Shown piece after piece: positions 56,610 through 56,932 of a stretch of 56,932 bases of DNA. The notes below the pieces were generated by a model. That model worked only from the letters and a program-made list of their open reading frames with translations, did no database searches and was not told the DNA's origin. Source of the stretch: a virus (taxonomy: Duplodnaviria > Caudoviricetes); IMG/VR virus record IMGVR_UViG_3300040781_000267, positions 1 to 56,932 of that record; one strand, given 5' to 3'. A program made the translations under genes and the position numbers. Every line of letters starts with the position of its first letter. The first letter of the stretch is position 1.

Positions 56610-56932
56610 TTCGGTTTCTGTGCAATACGTTCACGTATACGCTCGCGCACTATTTCTTTATCTGCCTCAGTAGGCAACCAGTTATTAAATAACTCGTCGG
56701 GCCATTGCTCAACCTTAAATGTGCGAGCTGGATCGGGATTCATTCCTCGCCGTTTCATTTCTGCAATAAGTTCTGCGTATCTATTATTTAGATATTTGCC
56801 CTTGTCGTAAAAGAATGTAACGTGACCTTTGTTCAGTGTGAACTGTGCAGGAATCTTTTTCTTTGTCCAATTGGGAGACTTTAGCGACCGTTGCAGTGAC
56901 GAACCTACCATAAATATCTCACGGTACTCTGC
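56591..56932 (-). CDS. denV: Pyrimidine dimer DNA glycosylase (endonuclease V), 5' end outside the window
   Basis: AEYREI, FTLNKGHVTFFYDK, EMKRRG and RIAQKPNWY; the frame is open to the right edge. Confidence 0.9.
   Translation of the reverse strand, partial: AEYREIFMVGSSLQRSLKSPNWTKKKIPAQFTLNKGHVTFFYDKGKYLNNRYAELIAEMKRRGMNPDPARTFKVEQWPDELFNNWLPTEADKEIVRERIRERIAQKPNWYRKS

Overview
This is a 57 kb segment of a large (jumbo-type) myovirus genome, probably infecting a Gram-negative proteobacterium. Almost every gene is on the minus strand and uses the standard genetic code. The left part is a virion module: tail tube, a tube paralog, sheath, neck, and FG-GAP propeller and lectin-like fibres. 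The middle mixes accessory genes (dNMP kinase, rIIA/rIIB, Pth2, lipase, nucleases, a collagen/YadA autotransporter, outer-membrane barrels) with a tailspike cluster at 32-44 kb. The right 13 kb is an unusually rich RNA region. Its strongest signal is a phage Ro60/TROVE gene preceded by an array of Y-RNA-like elements that share one internal-loop module but carry different cargo domains: a tRNA-mimic YrlA-type RNA, a 218-nt multi-hairpin RNA, two short RNAs, and a minimal copy abutting the ro60 Shine-Dalgarno. The same region holds a permuted two-piece tmRNA, three 8/4-type tRNA-Ser, two tRNA-Arg-like RNAs lacking a normal D-arm, a 154-nt tRNA-like RNA with a giant variable arm, several unassigned structured RNAs, a QueC-like protein and a full-length leuA. 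Sigma70-like promoters and a T4-late-like GATAAATA motif recur throughout. All structures were folded by eye and all family calls come from motif recognition; no searches were run.
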